A stretch of 64,000 nucleotides of DNA, taken from assembly GCA_013265495.1 (NCBI GenBank), contig MU058636.1, positions 10,329,066 through 10,393,065 on the forward strand, given 5' to 3'. The notes beneath the pieces are model-generated. The model ran no database searches, was not told the DNA's origin, and was given only the letters and a program-made list of their open reading frames with translations. Position 1 is the first letter of the stretch. Each line of letters begins with the position of its first letter. Positions 38,633-49,255 of the stretch are shown in pieces. This DNA comes from Vicugna vicugna (Eukaryota). A program made the position numbers and the translations under genes.

Positions 38633-41600
38633 AGTTTGCTTTTTTCTTTTGGTTGTATCAAAGCTATATGAGGATGGATAAAAAGGGAGGGGGGAGGAAG
38701 ATGGCCCAAATGCCTTCCAAGTGGCAAGAATAACTCAACCCAAGACTCAGTATTTACAGTGCTTAACTCACTAGTTGATAAATTAGAGGTAGACTCAGTG
38801 GAGTAAACTGGGATGTCCAATGGGAAAAAGAAAGTGTTGGGGTTTTTTTAAGTTTGAAACCATATGAAATCACCCACGTACAAAAATGCATTTTCATGTT
38901 TCATATGTTCCACAGAAGACCACAAAAAAACAAGTAGTAATTCTCTGCAAAGAATTTCTGTGCCACTGATTTGAATGCTGTTAGTCTTTATCAGGAATTA
39001 GCAAAAAGGTAGACTCCCTCCACACTTTAGTACATTTGAGCACAGCATATCTATTGGAATACAAGTCTTCACCCCTCAGACACCAAAACAAACATGTTCA
39101 AGTTCATCTGGTCCTCTCTGGTTCACAATTGAGAAACCACCACACTAAATTCAGAATTTTGTGTGCACCAAGAAAAGGTGGTTATCTGACCCAAGAGAGG
39201 TCCCTCAGGGCTTGGGCAAGTCTCTGCAAAATGTTAATTTGAAGGCCAAGGCAAATTTTGAACTGCAGAAAAGCAGGGCTGAATCCACTCTGCTCGTTCC
39301 ATAGTACAATGGCAAACTCTTTCGCTCTCTCCCATCACCATAGGGTTTATACCGCCTTCCTAAAAGGATTCCAGGAAGCTCCAAAGTTACGGTATATAAA
39401 GACAAGAAAACTGGCAGAGTAAATTCCCATGATGCCAGGGTACAGGGTAGTTTCCAAGGGCAGAGTGTTCCAGAAAAATGCACATAGTTCAGGCTTCTCA
39501 AAGAAATTCCAGGCCAATACAGACAGCTCCTCTGTTAGAAAGTCACACAGAACTGCAGTCTAGGAGCTTGGAGGAAGAGGTTACAGCACAAGGGAAGACA
39601 AAAAAAAAGCCGACACCCTATTAAGGATTCTAACCAACCACTGAGCATTGGCTACTCCCTCCCCATTTCATCCATCCACTTAAAAGATCCTGAGCAGCGC
39701 ATGATAGCTAGTGATATTTGTGTCCACTGCCAACGTGATAGCCTTTCAGTAATGGGGGGAAGGGTCTCAAACTTTAACCCTTCTTAAAATTTACCTTCTT
39801 TCCAATATTCAAATGCTTGCCACTTAAAATACATATCCTTCAAAAACAGAAGCCACCCCTCCTGCCACATCTCCCCAAGAATTTGCCACAAGACTGAAAG
39901 TAAAATAAAAATAAAGTTCTTATGAGGCGCAATTAAGGTATTCATATTCGACCTCTATTTGGGGATTTCTGAACAAAACACTTCAGCAATAAGACATGTT
40001 CACATAAGTCCCACATAACTTTCAGCCTACAGTAGATAAGATAACAAACTTCAACGTATTATCCCCTTACCCATTTTTAATTCTTTCCTTACGCTCCTTT
40101 CCCAAAATGCATATCTAAATAAATATATTTAGATTTTTCACCCCACCATGAAAAAAGGTCTGCTTTAAGGTACTTTCAGTAACCCTCAAAAGGATTCCAT
40201 CTAGTGTGACTGTGCAACAAGCAAGCAGCCATCATGCCCGCCATGGAATCTCTGCAGCTAAATTATTCACCTGCGGGTTACAAACCCAAGTGATAGAACA
40301 GACGTGAACTTTTTAATGAGAAAATGCACTGTCAGTTCAAAGACCAAATTAAAGAAACTTCAATTCTAAAATAAAGATCTAAAGTATCTCATAAGACAAT
40401 TTAAAATTTTAACAAGCGTTAATAAGTCTTACTGTTAAAACGTTCTTTTAGCCTAAATTAAGTGTTCCAAATAATTTCAAAACAAAAAACAAGAGTCAAC
40501 TCAAAATCACAATTACAAAAAAAAAAAAAAAACAGAGAGCCAGAGCTCACAATATGACTTCCCAAGCTCTAGAAAGCTTTCCACATGAGAAATAAAAAAA
40601 CAAAAACAGGTAATGGAAATGAAGTTTCACTATTTATAAATACTGTACATGGTTTAAAAGATCCCGGGTTTTCCAAAAAGTCTCTGCTTCCACTTTGTGT
40701 GTAACCTTATGACAGTTCTAACCAATATTTACACAAGAGTAAATTTAACATACCATTCCTACAAATACAAAATGCATATTCCACAAATATAACCAGTGTT
40801 TAAGGAACTAGAAGTTTCTGAACGCTTCAACAGCTTTCCAACTATTTTGTCCCATGCAAATGACTTTCAAATTCTCAGGCAGGCCCCAGGAAGTAAAGCA
40901 CAAGAAACTATATTTAATTAGAGATTCAGTCTAATTCCCAGTAGTAAATCACAGGAAATATCTGGTTCCAAAGCAGCCTATTCTCAGTCCTAAAACAGTT
41001 AAAGTTTTGGTTGATTTGCATTTTACAACTGAATTTTTTTTAACCTAAAAGTCATAGTAAAATTTCTCCTTTTTATGGCTCTTTAAAACAGGACAGTCTT
41101 TCAGATCTGAGAGTGAAACTTGGTTTTAACAAGTAACTCTTTTTTATGAAAACTGCAACCAGAAGACTAGTTATGAGTTAGAAACACTTCAGGTTGTTTC
41201 TTCTCTTCTTAAAATACCCTTTTACTCAAAGTGAAAATGCACTTGCTGTAATCTTACATGCACCAACTGACTCTGATTACACCTGAAACATTTACTTGCT
41301 TGAGAATGGCAACCTGCTCCCTCCCAAAACTCCACTAGGTTTCCACTGGGAGCTGCCACTGGGCATCCAATTCTGGACAATCCTTACTAACATTTAATAG
41401 ATCTTCTAGCTCAAGGAAGTAAAAAAAATTTTAAATGCAAAATTATAATTGCATTTGGAAAAAAAATGGAACAAGAAAATAACCTAATAAAAATGACTGG
41501 GGAAAGGGGGGGCCTTAGAATTTATTTTTCAGAAAAGCACTAAATCTTAAACTTTAGGTTATATTCCTAGTTCAAGAATACTCTGATTTAAGGCCATTTA

Positions 41601-43614
41601 AGAGGCAAAACTAAAAATAATCCCCAAACTTTGCTTTTCCCTATGTTTAAAGAAAGGCACTCCAGCAAGCTGAAGTAGGTTGTATCCACTTCCAAGGACG
41701 TTTATTAAAAAGACGGTGTAAGTACACACTGTACTTCGAATACCAAAAAAAAAAAAAAAACTTTTTAAACAGCAAATGCTTTATAACAGTTCAAGTAGGA
41801 ACGATAAGTGTACAAGTAAGTCAAATACTTAAATTCAAATGTAAAATTAGATTTGGCATACAACCCTGATTTTATGACTTAAATATATCGATCTTAAGAT
41901 AAGGAGGCACTTTACCTTTTTGAAACACTTGGTAAAGTTGTATGTAATGCCTGGTAATGAGGTTATAAGTGATGCCTTTACTCTAAAATACACTTTGGAA
42001 AAAATAAGATCCTGGGTCCTTCTCCGGGAACTTCAGTATGATGCGATTAACTTCACCTTTTTAACACATTAACCACAGGGATGACAGTATGTAAAGCAAC
42101 CTTGGTATAACAATTGCGCAGCAAAGAAAAATCATTATTATGCTGCACAGTCCGGATGAGGGGTGAGGAAGGAGTTTAGCGCAACTAGAGAAACTTCATA
42201 TTGATCCTTCCACCTGTGACAGTGAGAAACTGTCAGCTTATGGAAGCCGCAGGGCGAATGGACTCCCGGTAAGCCTCCCCAGAGCCCATCCTCCTCAGGA
42301 AAGAGAGCAAGCGCGCAATTCCAAAGGGGTCCGACCCCAAGACCTTGGGGCAGGGATGGGCCTGCCCCGACCTGAGGGTCTGTCTTTCTCTAAGAGGCAA
42401 AAACAGCCAAAGGCACCTGATCTACAGTCCTCCATCGAGGCAGGAGGTCCCTGCCGGTTTTCTTGATTTGAACCTCCAATCCAACTCCCCCAAAACACTA
42501 GTCACAAAGCCCCCGGCCTTGCTCCTCGGATCTGTTGGTATCTCCGTGCTCGATAACACTGAAGTGGCAAAGCAAGAAAATACACACGTCCCCAACCCTG
42601 GCCATCCAGAGGAGCCTCTCCGTGCCTAATTAAAGGCCTCGAACCTCGGGCGAGGCCAAATTTGGGGCACTTCCTTGCGCCGAGAAGTACAGCCCTCAGC
42701 TCGGCAGCCGGGCCCGGAGGCGCGCAAGGCCAGGACGCGCTGGCCCTTTAAAGGCGCCGGCTTCCTGCGCCCGCGGCCCCTCCCTCGCGGTCGCCAGCTC
42801 CCGCCCCTGCTGAGGGTCACACTTGAACTTTAGGTTGCCGGCGCGATCGGGCGCCGGCGCTCCGCAGGCGGTGGCCGCCCCTTCGCACGTGTCTGATGCT
42901 CTACACGGGGCTGCGCGCTCCCGGCCCCTTGCACTCGAAGCCACTACGGATAAACTCAAAACAAAACAAAATGCACACCGGTTTCCAAAAACTGCGCGGC
43001 CAGCCCCCACGGGCCGAGCGGCCGGCTCGTGCCCTACCTGTCCCCTCCACCTGCAGCCCCGTCCCCGGGCTGCGGGGCTCCGAGGCCCCTCGCCGCCGCG
43101 CCCTCTCCCGCCCGGCGCGGCAGAAACGGCTCGGCGGGGCAGCCCGGGGCTGGGGGGACGCGCGCCGCGGGGGTGGAGGGGAGCCGCCCTCACCCCCGAG
43201 GTCCTGGAGAAAAAGGAGCAGCGACAAGACTCCGCGCGGGCCGTGGGGGAGCAACTCCCTAAGAACCTCTCTCCTTCACTGAGGAACTTTTCTGCCCGTT
43301 TCGATGTCCACTTCTTAAACTACTTTTTTTTTTTTTTGACTCCTTCAGGTCTCAAACGAGCCCCCTTCCCTGTCCCACTCCAACTCTCACTGGAGCGCGC
43401 GCACACTTATTCCCTTCCCCCGACGGGTCCCGGGCAAGCCCACCGCCCACCTCACCCACTTCTCGCCCACTCCCTGCACGCGCTGCCCGCGTGCCCTACG
43501 GTTTCAGGCCAAGCAAGCTTGCAACGCCGCCTCCTCATCTGCCCCACCGCGATCTCAAGGCGGAGGCAGAACTCCCCGAGCCCCCCGCCCGTTCCGGCCA
43601 CGCGCCCCGAGGCC

Positions 43615-43623
43615 ACTCACCTT
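43615..43623 (-). other. FOXO1: 5' splice donor of FOXO1 intron 1 (AAG|GTGAGT)
   Basis: Plus strand ACTCACCTT = minus AAGGTGAGT, a near-consensus U1 site at the known FOXO exon 1 boundary. Confidence 0.95.
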
Positions 43624-44259
43624 CCAGCCCGCCGAGCTGTTGCTGTCGCCCTTATCCTTGAAGTAGGGCACACTCTTGACCATCCACTCGTAGATCTGCG
43701 ACAGCGTGAGCCGCTTCTCTGCCGAGCTCTCGATGGCCTTGGTGATGAGGTCGGCGTAGGACAGGTTGCCCCACGCGTTGCGGCGGGATGAGCTGCTCTT
43801 GCGCGGCTGCCCTGCGAGCGGCCCGGCGGCGGGGGGCACGGGCGGGTGCTGCGACAGCGGCCCGGGCGGCGGGGGCTGAGGCGGCGCCGGGGGCAGGCAG
43901 CCCGCCTCCGGGCCCTGGAAGTCCCCGCACAGCCCCCCGGTGGCGGCAGCTGCGGCCGCTGCCGCTGCCGCCACCACCGCGGCCGCCGCCACGGAGCCGG
44001 GCGCCTGCTGGAAGTCTCCGCTCTCCTCCAGCAGGCTCAGGTTGCTCATGAAGTCGGCGTTGACAGCGGCCGCCGAGGCCGAGGGCAGGCCCGCGGCGGC
44101 GTCGGGGTTCGCGGCCGCGCCGCCCGACGGCGCCGGGCTGGAAGTGGCCGAGTTCGACTGGCTAAACTCCGGCCTGGGCAGCGGCCAGGTGCACGAGCGC
44201 GGCCGGGGCAGCGGCTCGAAGTCCGGGTCAATCTCCACCACCTGAGGCGCTTCGGCCAT
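43621..44259 (-). CDS. FOXO1: Forkhead box O1, coding part of exon 1 (aa 1-213; partial gene, exon 2 outside window)
   Basis: Translation [30 protein letters not shown]...[55 protein letters not shown] is the FOXO1 N-terminus. It has the AKT/14-3-3 motif RPRSCT24WP (44182-44205) and the first half of the forkhead domain from ~43773. Strong Kozak GTCACCATGG; phase-0 donor AAG|GTGAGT after GWK, the conserved FOXO intron position. Confidence 0.98.
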
Positions 44260-44645
44260 GGTGACCCCCGCCCCTCCCCCAGCCGCGGGAGAGCCAAGTG
44301 CGAGAGCGTAACACCGGAGGCCCAGGGAAGAGGGCGCGAAGAGAGGGTCCGAGATTTGGGGGGGGGGGGGCAGACGGAAACCGGGAGGAAGGCGCGGCGG
44401 CAGAGTGGAAGCGCGAGCCCAGAACTTAACTTCGCGGGTCCATCAACATCTAGACTCCTCCGGGTCCTCTGCACTGACGGGACGGCAGGCCGGAGTCGCC
44501 GGGCCCGGGCAGCGGCGCGCTCCCGCTGACACGGCCCGCGCACCGAAGGACGGACGGACGCCGCGGGCCGCTTGCTCTCTCCGGCGGCGCGACCGCGGCG
44601 CTGCTGCCTGTTGAATGTGGCGGCGGCGGCGGCGGCTGCAGCGAC
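44260..44645 (-). other. FOXO1: FOXO1 5' UTR (TSS approximate)
   Basis: Minus strand reads GCAGCCGCC..CACATTCAACAGGCAGCAGCG...GAGAGCAAGCGGCCCGCGGCGTCCGTCCGTCCTTC...GCGAAGTTAAGTTCTGGGCTCGCGCTTCCACTC...GGGGGAGGGGCGGGGGTCACCATG. This resembles the human FOXO1 mRNA leader as recalled. Confidence 0.8.
44426..44449 (-). other. Upstream ORF in FOXO1 5' UTR (MLMDPRS*)
   Basis: ATG TTG ATG GAC CCG CGA AGT TAA read directly. These are the only two ATGs between ~44640 and the main start. Confidence 0.7.
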
Positions 44646-44800
44646 TACGCGGCCGCTCGACTTACGGGATCTGCCGCCGCCCCCCGCCCGCGGCGGCGCG
44701 CGCGCCGACCCGCCCCTGACTGACAGCCCTCGCAGCCAATGAATGCGCGACGCCGCCGCCCAGGCAGCCAGTGGACACCGGCCTGGGCGGGGGCAGGTTT
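44646..44800 (-). promoter_or_regulatory. TATA-less core/proximal promoter: GC boxes and CCAAT box
   Basis: CCGCCC Sp/KLF motifs at ~44677-44716, GGGCGGGG at ~44785, and NF-Y-type AGCCAATG (CCAAT 44736-44740) about 95 bp upstream of the inferred TSS. Confidence 0.7.
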
Positions 44801-45004
44801 TCCACGGGGAGGCGGCAGTGGGTTGGTAGGGGGTAGTGGGGTGTTTTTCTCTCTCACACACACCGATCTCCCTCTCTCTCTCTTTTTTTTTTTTGGCTCT
44901 CTGTTATTATTTTCTGGTAATTCTCGAGTGTTTCTGTGAGTCTTTCGCCCTCTCAGTGTTTTGATTGCTAGGAGGCAAACCAGCGTGGAGGCGGCGGCGA
45001 CACT

Positions 45005-45012
45005 TTGTTTAC
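45005..45012 (+). promoter_or_regulatory. FOXO/DAF-16 binding element TTGTTTAC
   Basis: Exact DBE consensus in a GC-rich island, ~365 bp upstream of the inferred TSS. Confidence 0.7.
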
Positions 45013-46879
45013 TACTGAGGAGCAGAGCCGAGTAGTCGGGAAGCCCGAGTGGAACGAGTCGCTGGCTTGGCCTCGACCTCCGCTCGCGGCCCCAAGCCGG
45101 GTGGGGCGGAGGAGGGGGCCGGGGACGCTCCGCGCTCCGGGGGCGCTGAGTGGGCGGGCTGAGGTGGCCTCGCGGAATTCTGCTCAATCGCCCCCTCTCG
45201 ACTCCACCCACGATTTCTTTACAGGGAGACGTGGGGAAGTCGATGGGTTTTGTTTTTGTTTTATTTTTTGCTTCTCTCTGCGGTATGTCGAGCCCTCCGG
45301 CCCCCGCGCGGGCTACACACGCCCCCGGGACCGGGACTCTGACCGTGAAGTCCACGCGGAGGCGTCCTCGCCGCCGCCTCCGCGCCCGGAACCCACCTGT
45401 CCGGGCTGAGACTCTGCGGTTGGGTCCAGCCGGGGGCCAGCCGGGGGCCAGCTGGGTGTTCAAATCACCACCAGCCGGGCTCGGTACATTTTTGACCTAA
45501 AAGACTAGATACGAGGCGAAGGGGCTCGGCGCGAAGCGGGCCGGAGGTCGTCCTATTTCACACGCACCCTCAAACCCAAAGGCATCCTAGATCTCGTGCC
45601 TTCTGTGGGAATCTCTTCCCCTGGGCGGGAACCCCAGACTCTGTCCACTGAGTCAGTCCAGGGGCGACGGGGAAGGGGTTAGAGAAGAGCATCTAGTGAG
45701 AGCATTGTCACTATTATTTACCCTAATTAAGTTTAACTGTTCGCTTGTCATTTTTTTGCTATTTGGAATGTAAGTGCTGAGGTGCTGAGAAGTAAAAACG
45801 TTAAGAGGAAATAGGACCAAAGCCTTGGGGCACAGCCCTGCCCCACTACCAGGTGTTCCTTTAGGCTTCCCCGTTCGTCAGTCAACCCTCTCCCCCCACA
45901 TTCACCCCACCTTTTGCCATCTGGGCTCCGGGTCTTGGACGTCCTGTCGAGATCAGTGGGGCCAAAGGTGGGAAGACAATGGCCCCTGTGTCTCAAGGAG
46001 CAGAAGAAAGAGTTGTCAACTTTTGTTTTTCTTTTGCTTTTTTTAGGAGGAATATGGAAGTTATTTCCTTTCAGAGGGATGGGATCACTTAAGATGGAAG
46101 ATTGACGGTAGGGTTTTAAATTTCTTGTCCAAAATGACAGCTCCCAATTCCCCCATACCCCTTTTTCTGACAGGCAATTCTTCCATTGAAAAAGTGGCAT
46201 CTAAAAGGCCTCTTTTACAAAAGTTTGATAAGACTTAGAGAAAGATTTATTTCTTCCTTTACGTTCTCACTTGTCCAGTCTCCTATTTCTTAATAATCCA
46301 CTGATCACAACAGCTTCCTACCGATATTGGGGCTGGTTGGGGTGGAGGTCGTGAGCCTGATGGATTGAGGGGTTGGTTCCCAACCTCCTTATCTTGTCTC
46401 TGCGTTTATGATCAAATTTGAACAGTTCGGGCCTCCTCTGCCAGCCGCTAGGGGCCCTCAGTAACCCAGATGATGGGCTGAAAGGAAGGCCAGTAATGTA
46501 GAACTGTTGCTACCCTCAACCTTTCCGTCTGCATTCTGCAGAGGCAACCCCCATTCAGAAGGCCGCACCCTACACATAGGCGGTGCCCTGGTGGATCATT
46601 CTTGGCAAAGGAAGCCAGCTGCAAATTTGGCCTTGCCTTCATTTCAATTCCGGTTTCTCAGGGCCTCAGTTGGAGGAAAGTATACTTGGTTAAGGGAGTT
46701 TTCTTACAGACTTTCCCCGGATCCTTGAAATCTTCTGAGCTGTCCTGCCTAATTTTTCTTTATATGTCATATTTGCTTTTCTTTGGTCTTTTTAAAAAAA
46801 TTGACCGAGTACCTATTGCACCAATGTACCTGATACATGGTTCCAAAAAATTAAAAATAACACATTTAAAGTTCTTAGA

Positions 46880-47120
46880 ACTGCCTACCATACCACTGTA
46901 TGTATCAGCTCACTGAACCCAGGGTGCTAATGGACATTTGGCTTGTTTCCACTCTAGCTATCACAACCTATTCTGTAATGAATAACATTATAGAACTCAT
47001 TTTGCATATGTGCAAGTATCTCTATAGGAGGAATTTCCAGAAAAGAGATCACTGGGTCAGCAGTTAAATACATTTGAATTTTGAGACGATGCCAAATTGC
47101 CCTCCATAAGAGTTGTATCA
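46880..47120 (-). mobile_element. Old L1M fragment
   Basis: ATGGACATTTGGCTTGTTTCCA..CTGGGTCA..TGCCAAATTGCCCTCCA, typical antisense L1M sequence. Confidence 0.65.
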
Positions 47121-47139
47121 AGCCCAACTCTTTTCAGCT

Positions 47140-47270
47140 AGACCTTTAGAACGTTAAAGTTGAAGGCAAACTTGGAGATCACCCTGGTGGTCCCTTTAAC
47201 TTATACATAGGAAAATTGAGGCACAGAGAAGCTAACTGATTTGCCCAAGTTCACACACATAACAGTGGAG
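47140..47270 (-). mobile_element. MIR SINE fragment
   Basis: AGGAAAATTGAGGCACAGAGAAGCTAACTGATTTGCCCAAGTTCACACA core. Confidence 0.7.
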
Positions 47271-49119
47271 CTTCAATTTTTTCATTAATAATCTTCTCAA
47301 TTCACAGAAAAGAATAAATACCCTGTAATCCCAATGTATCAATAACTGCAGTAAGACTTTGTGGTGTATTCCTCTCCAGTCAATCACACAGATTTTAATA
47401 ATTTTACTTAGATAAACTCCACTGAGCTGAAAGTTTTGATTTCAAAGATTTTTTAAAAGCAGACACACAAGGTTAAGAGTGATAGATAATAAGAAATGAT
47501 TACAAAAGAAGTGGTTTTAGTTTTTTAGTCAAAAAAAGTAAATGTTTCCTCTCTGAAGAATGGCAAAGGATTTAGGTTAGCACTAGTTCTGCATAAGAGA
47601 AAAAGATTTATTTCTTTTCTCCTTCAGTATTTTTTTGTGGTACCTGTTCGCTTTGAAGGCTTTTTCTAATGAGTCTCACTTATTAATAAGTAAATGAGAA
47701 TCATCATCATTGGTGCATGTGACAAAACTGGGAAGAAAAATGCTTCATGTGAGATAAAGACAATTAAAATGAAAAAGGAAATTTATCCTCACAAAGCCCA
47801 TCTCACAAACCAACGTGGTATACTTTCCTCTGCCTCTTTTCAGGGTAATTATTACATCATCCTTGACAGGAAGACTGACGGATGGTTCTCTTTGATCAAT
47901 TCCCAAGCAGAAATTTCTGTATTTACCCCTCACCACCAACACACCAATCTCTGGTTTAAATTCTTTCTTGTCAAAGTAGGTAATGTAAGTCCAATGTAAT
48001 GAGTAAAACACCTGGGTGTTTATTTTTCAGTCACAACACTGAGCTTCCCACTCCACCTTTCCATTCCCCAACAACTGCCCATGTCCAGTATTTTGTCTGA
48101 ATCATTAGAGGTACTGCTATCAACTTAAAACAGCCCTTCTTCAGTTTGCCCATAGAATGTAATCATCTGAAACAACACAGCTTCGGCTTCTTAAACCAAT
48201 GTCTTGAAACCTGGCCTACTAGGTAGAAGCTATAGCAATATCACAAGTAGTCATTCATGTTTCTTGAGGGGTAACTTACTTTGGATTTTGTCATTCATTC
48301 AGCAAATACTTGTAGAGTACCTACTGTGTACATGGCAGGCGCCATGCATCTTACAGTACAAATTCCTTGAGGTCATATATGGGTTATTTTATTTTCCTTT
48401 ATATGCTACTTGATGTCAGAGGTAAGACTATATCACTCTTTAAATAATCAGCAATGCGTATTGACAATATTTATTTGAAAGAATAACACAAAAAAAGTAT
48501 CTGCTGGATACAAGAAATGCTAAGGCAGGAGAGAATGGACGTATTATCATAGTCACCATTTTGAAGAAAAATAATAAGGTGAGGTAGAAAAAGCTGCATA
48601 AATGCATATGTGTAGGCATTGGGAATGTGAGCCCCAGCCACCAGGGGTTGGAATGATTTTGCTCCAAATGGACAAAAGACACAGGCTACTATTTATTTGT
48701 GTATCACAAATAAAGATGACACTTACTCATCTGTAACTGGAGAGAAGTACTGGGCAAATCATAAACCAGATGTCCAATATTTTCAGTTCTGTTGTGAGGA
48801 TCCAACATTTGTCAGCTTCGATAAACTCTATTCCTTTGCTTTAAGTATTAGTGAGAAACTACTTGTGGGTCCCTACTGCAATACTAAAAATATAATTGGA
48901 GATAATCTAAATGACCAATAATAGAGAATGGTTAAATAAAGAATGGCGTATCTGGTAGACGCTTACGTAGTCACTTAAAATTAAGTGGACCAATCCTTCA
49001 TAATAGCATTGCAACAATGCTAGGGATACAGTATTTAAAATGTTGGAGGTACCACTATCAGCTAAAAATGTTATTGGTTCTATCTGGGTGATAGATTTAT
49101 AGGTGATCGTTACTGGTCT

Positions 49120-49255
49120 CACCCAAAACTCTCCTTTTACAGGTAAGAAAACAGATACTGTGAAGCTAAGTGATTTGTCTGAGGCTGTACAGTTAGTGAA
49201 GCATGGGGGCCAGGATTCAGACCTTTGAGCATGCAGGCCAAAACTCTGTATTACA
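49120..49255 (-). mobile_element. MIR SINE fragment
   Basis: TTTTACAGGTAAGAAAACAGA..AAGTGATTTGTCTGAGG..CAGTTAGT..CCAGGATTCA core. Confidence 0.65.

Larger units (their letters stand above)
1..43620 (-). other. FOXO1: FOXO1 intron 1 (partial, continues beyond window start)
   Basis: Follows the donor. No exon-2 peptide (NSIRHNLSLH...) in the ORF track or noticed by eye. Repeat-rich, and plus strand visibly A-rich. FOXO1 intron 1 is known to be very large in mammals. Confidence 0.9.
42620..45550. promoter_or_regulatory. CpG island spanning FOXO1 promoter, exon 1 and start of intron 1
   Basis: Abrupt switch to very high GC and dense CpG against a CpG-depleted AT-rich background. Confidence 0.93.

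Noticed and set aside
43555..43620. C-terminal 21 aa of the 234-aa ORF (VSGLGARG...)
   Set aside because: Read-through into intron 1 past the AAG|GTGAGT donor; not FOXO1 protein.
42696..45500. Long overlapping ORFs in the CpG island (e.g. 42823-43791 322 aa, 43846-44529, 44046-44861, 44645-45463)
   Set aside because: Arg/Pro/Gly/Ala-rich, often non-ATG starts, no recognisable domains; expected from stop-codon scarcity in GC-rich DNA.
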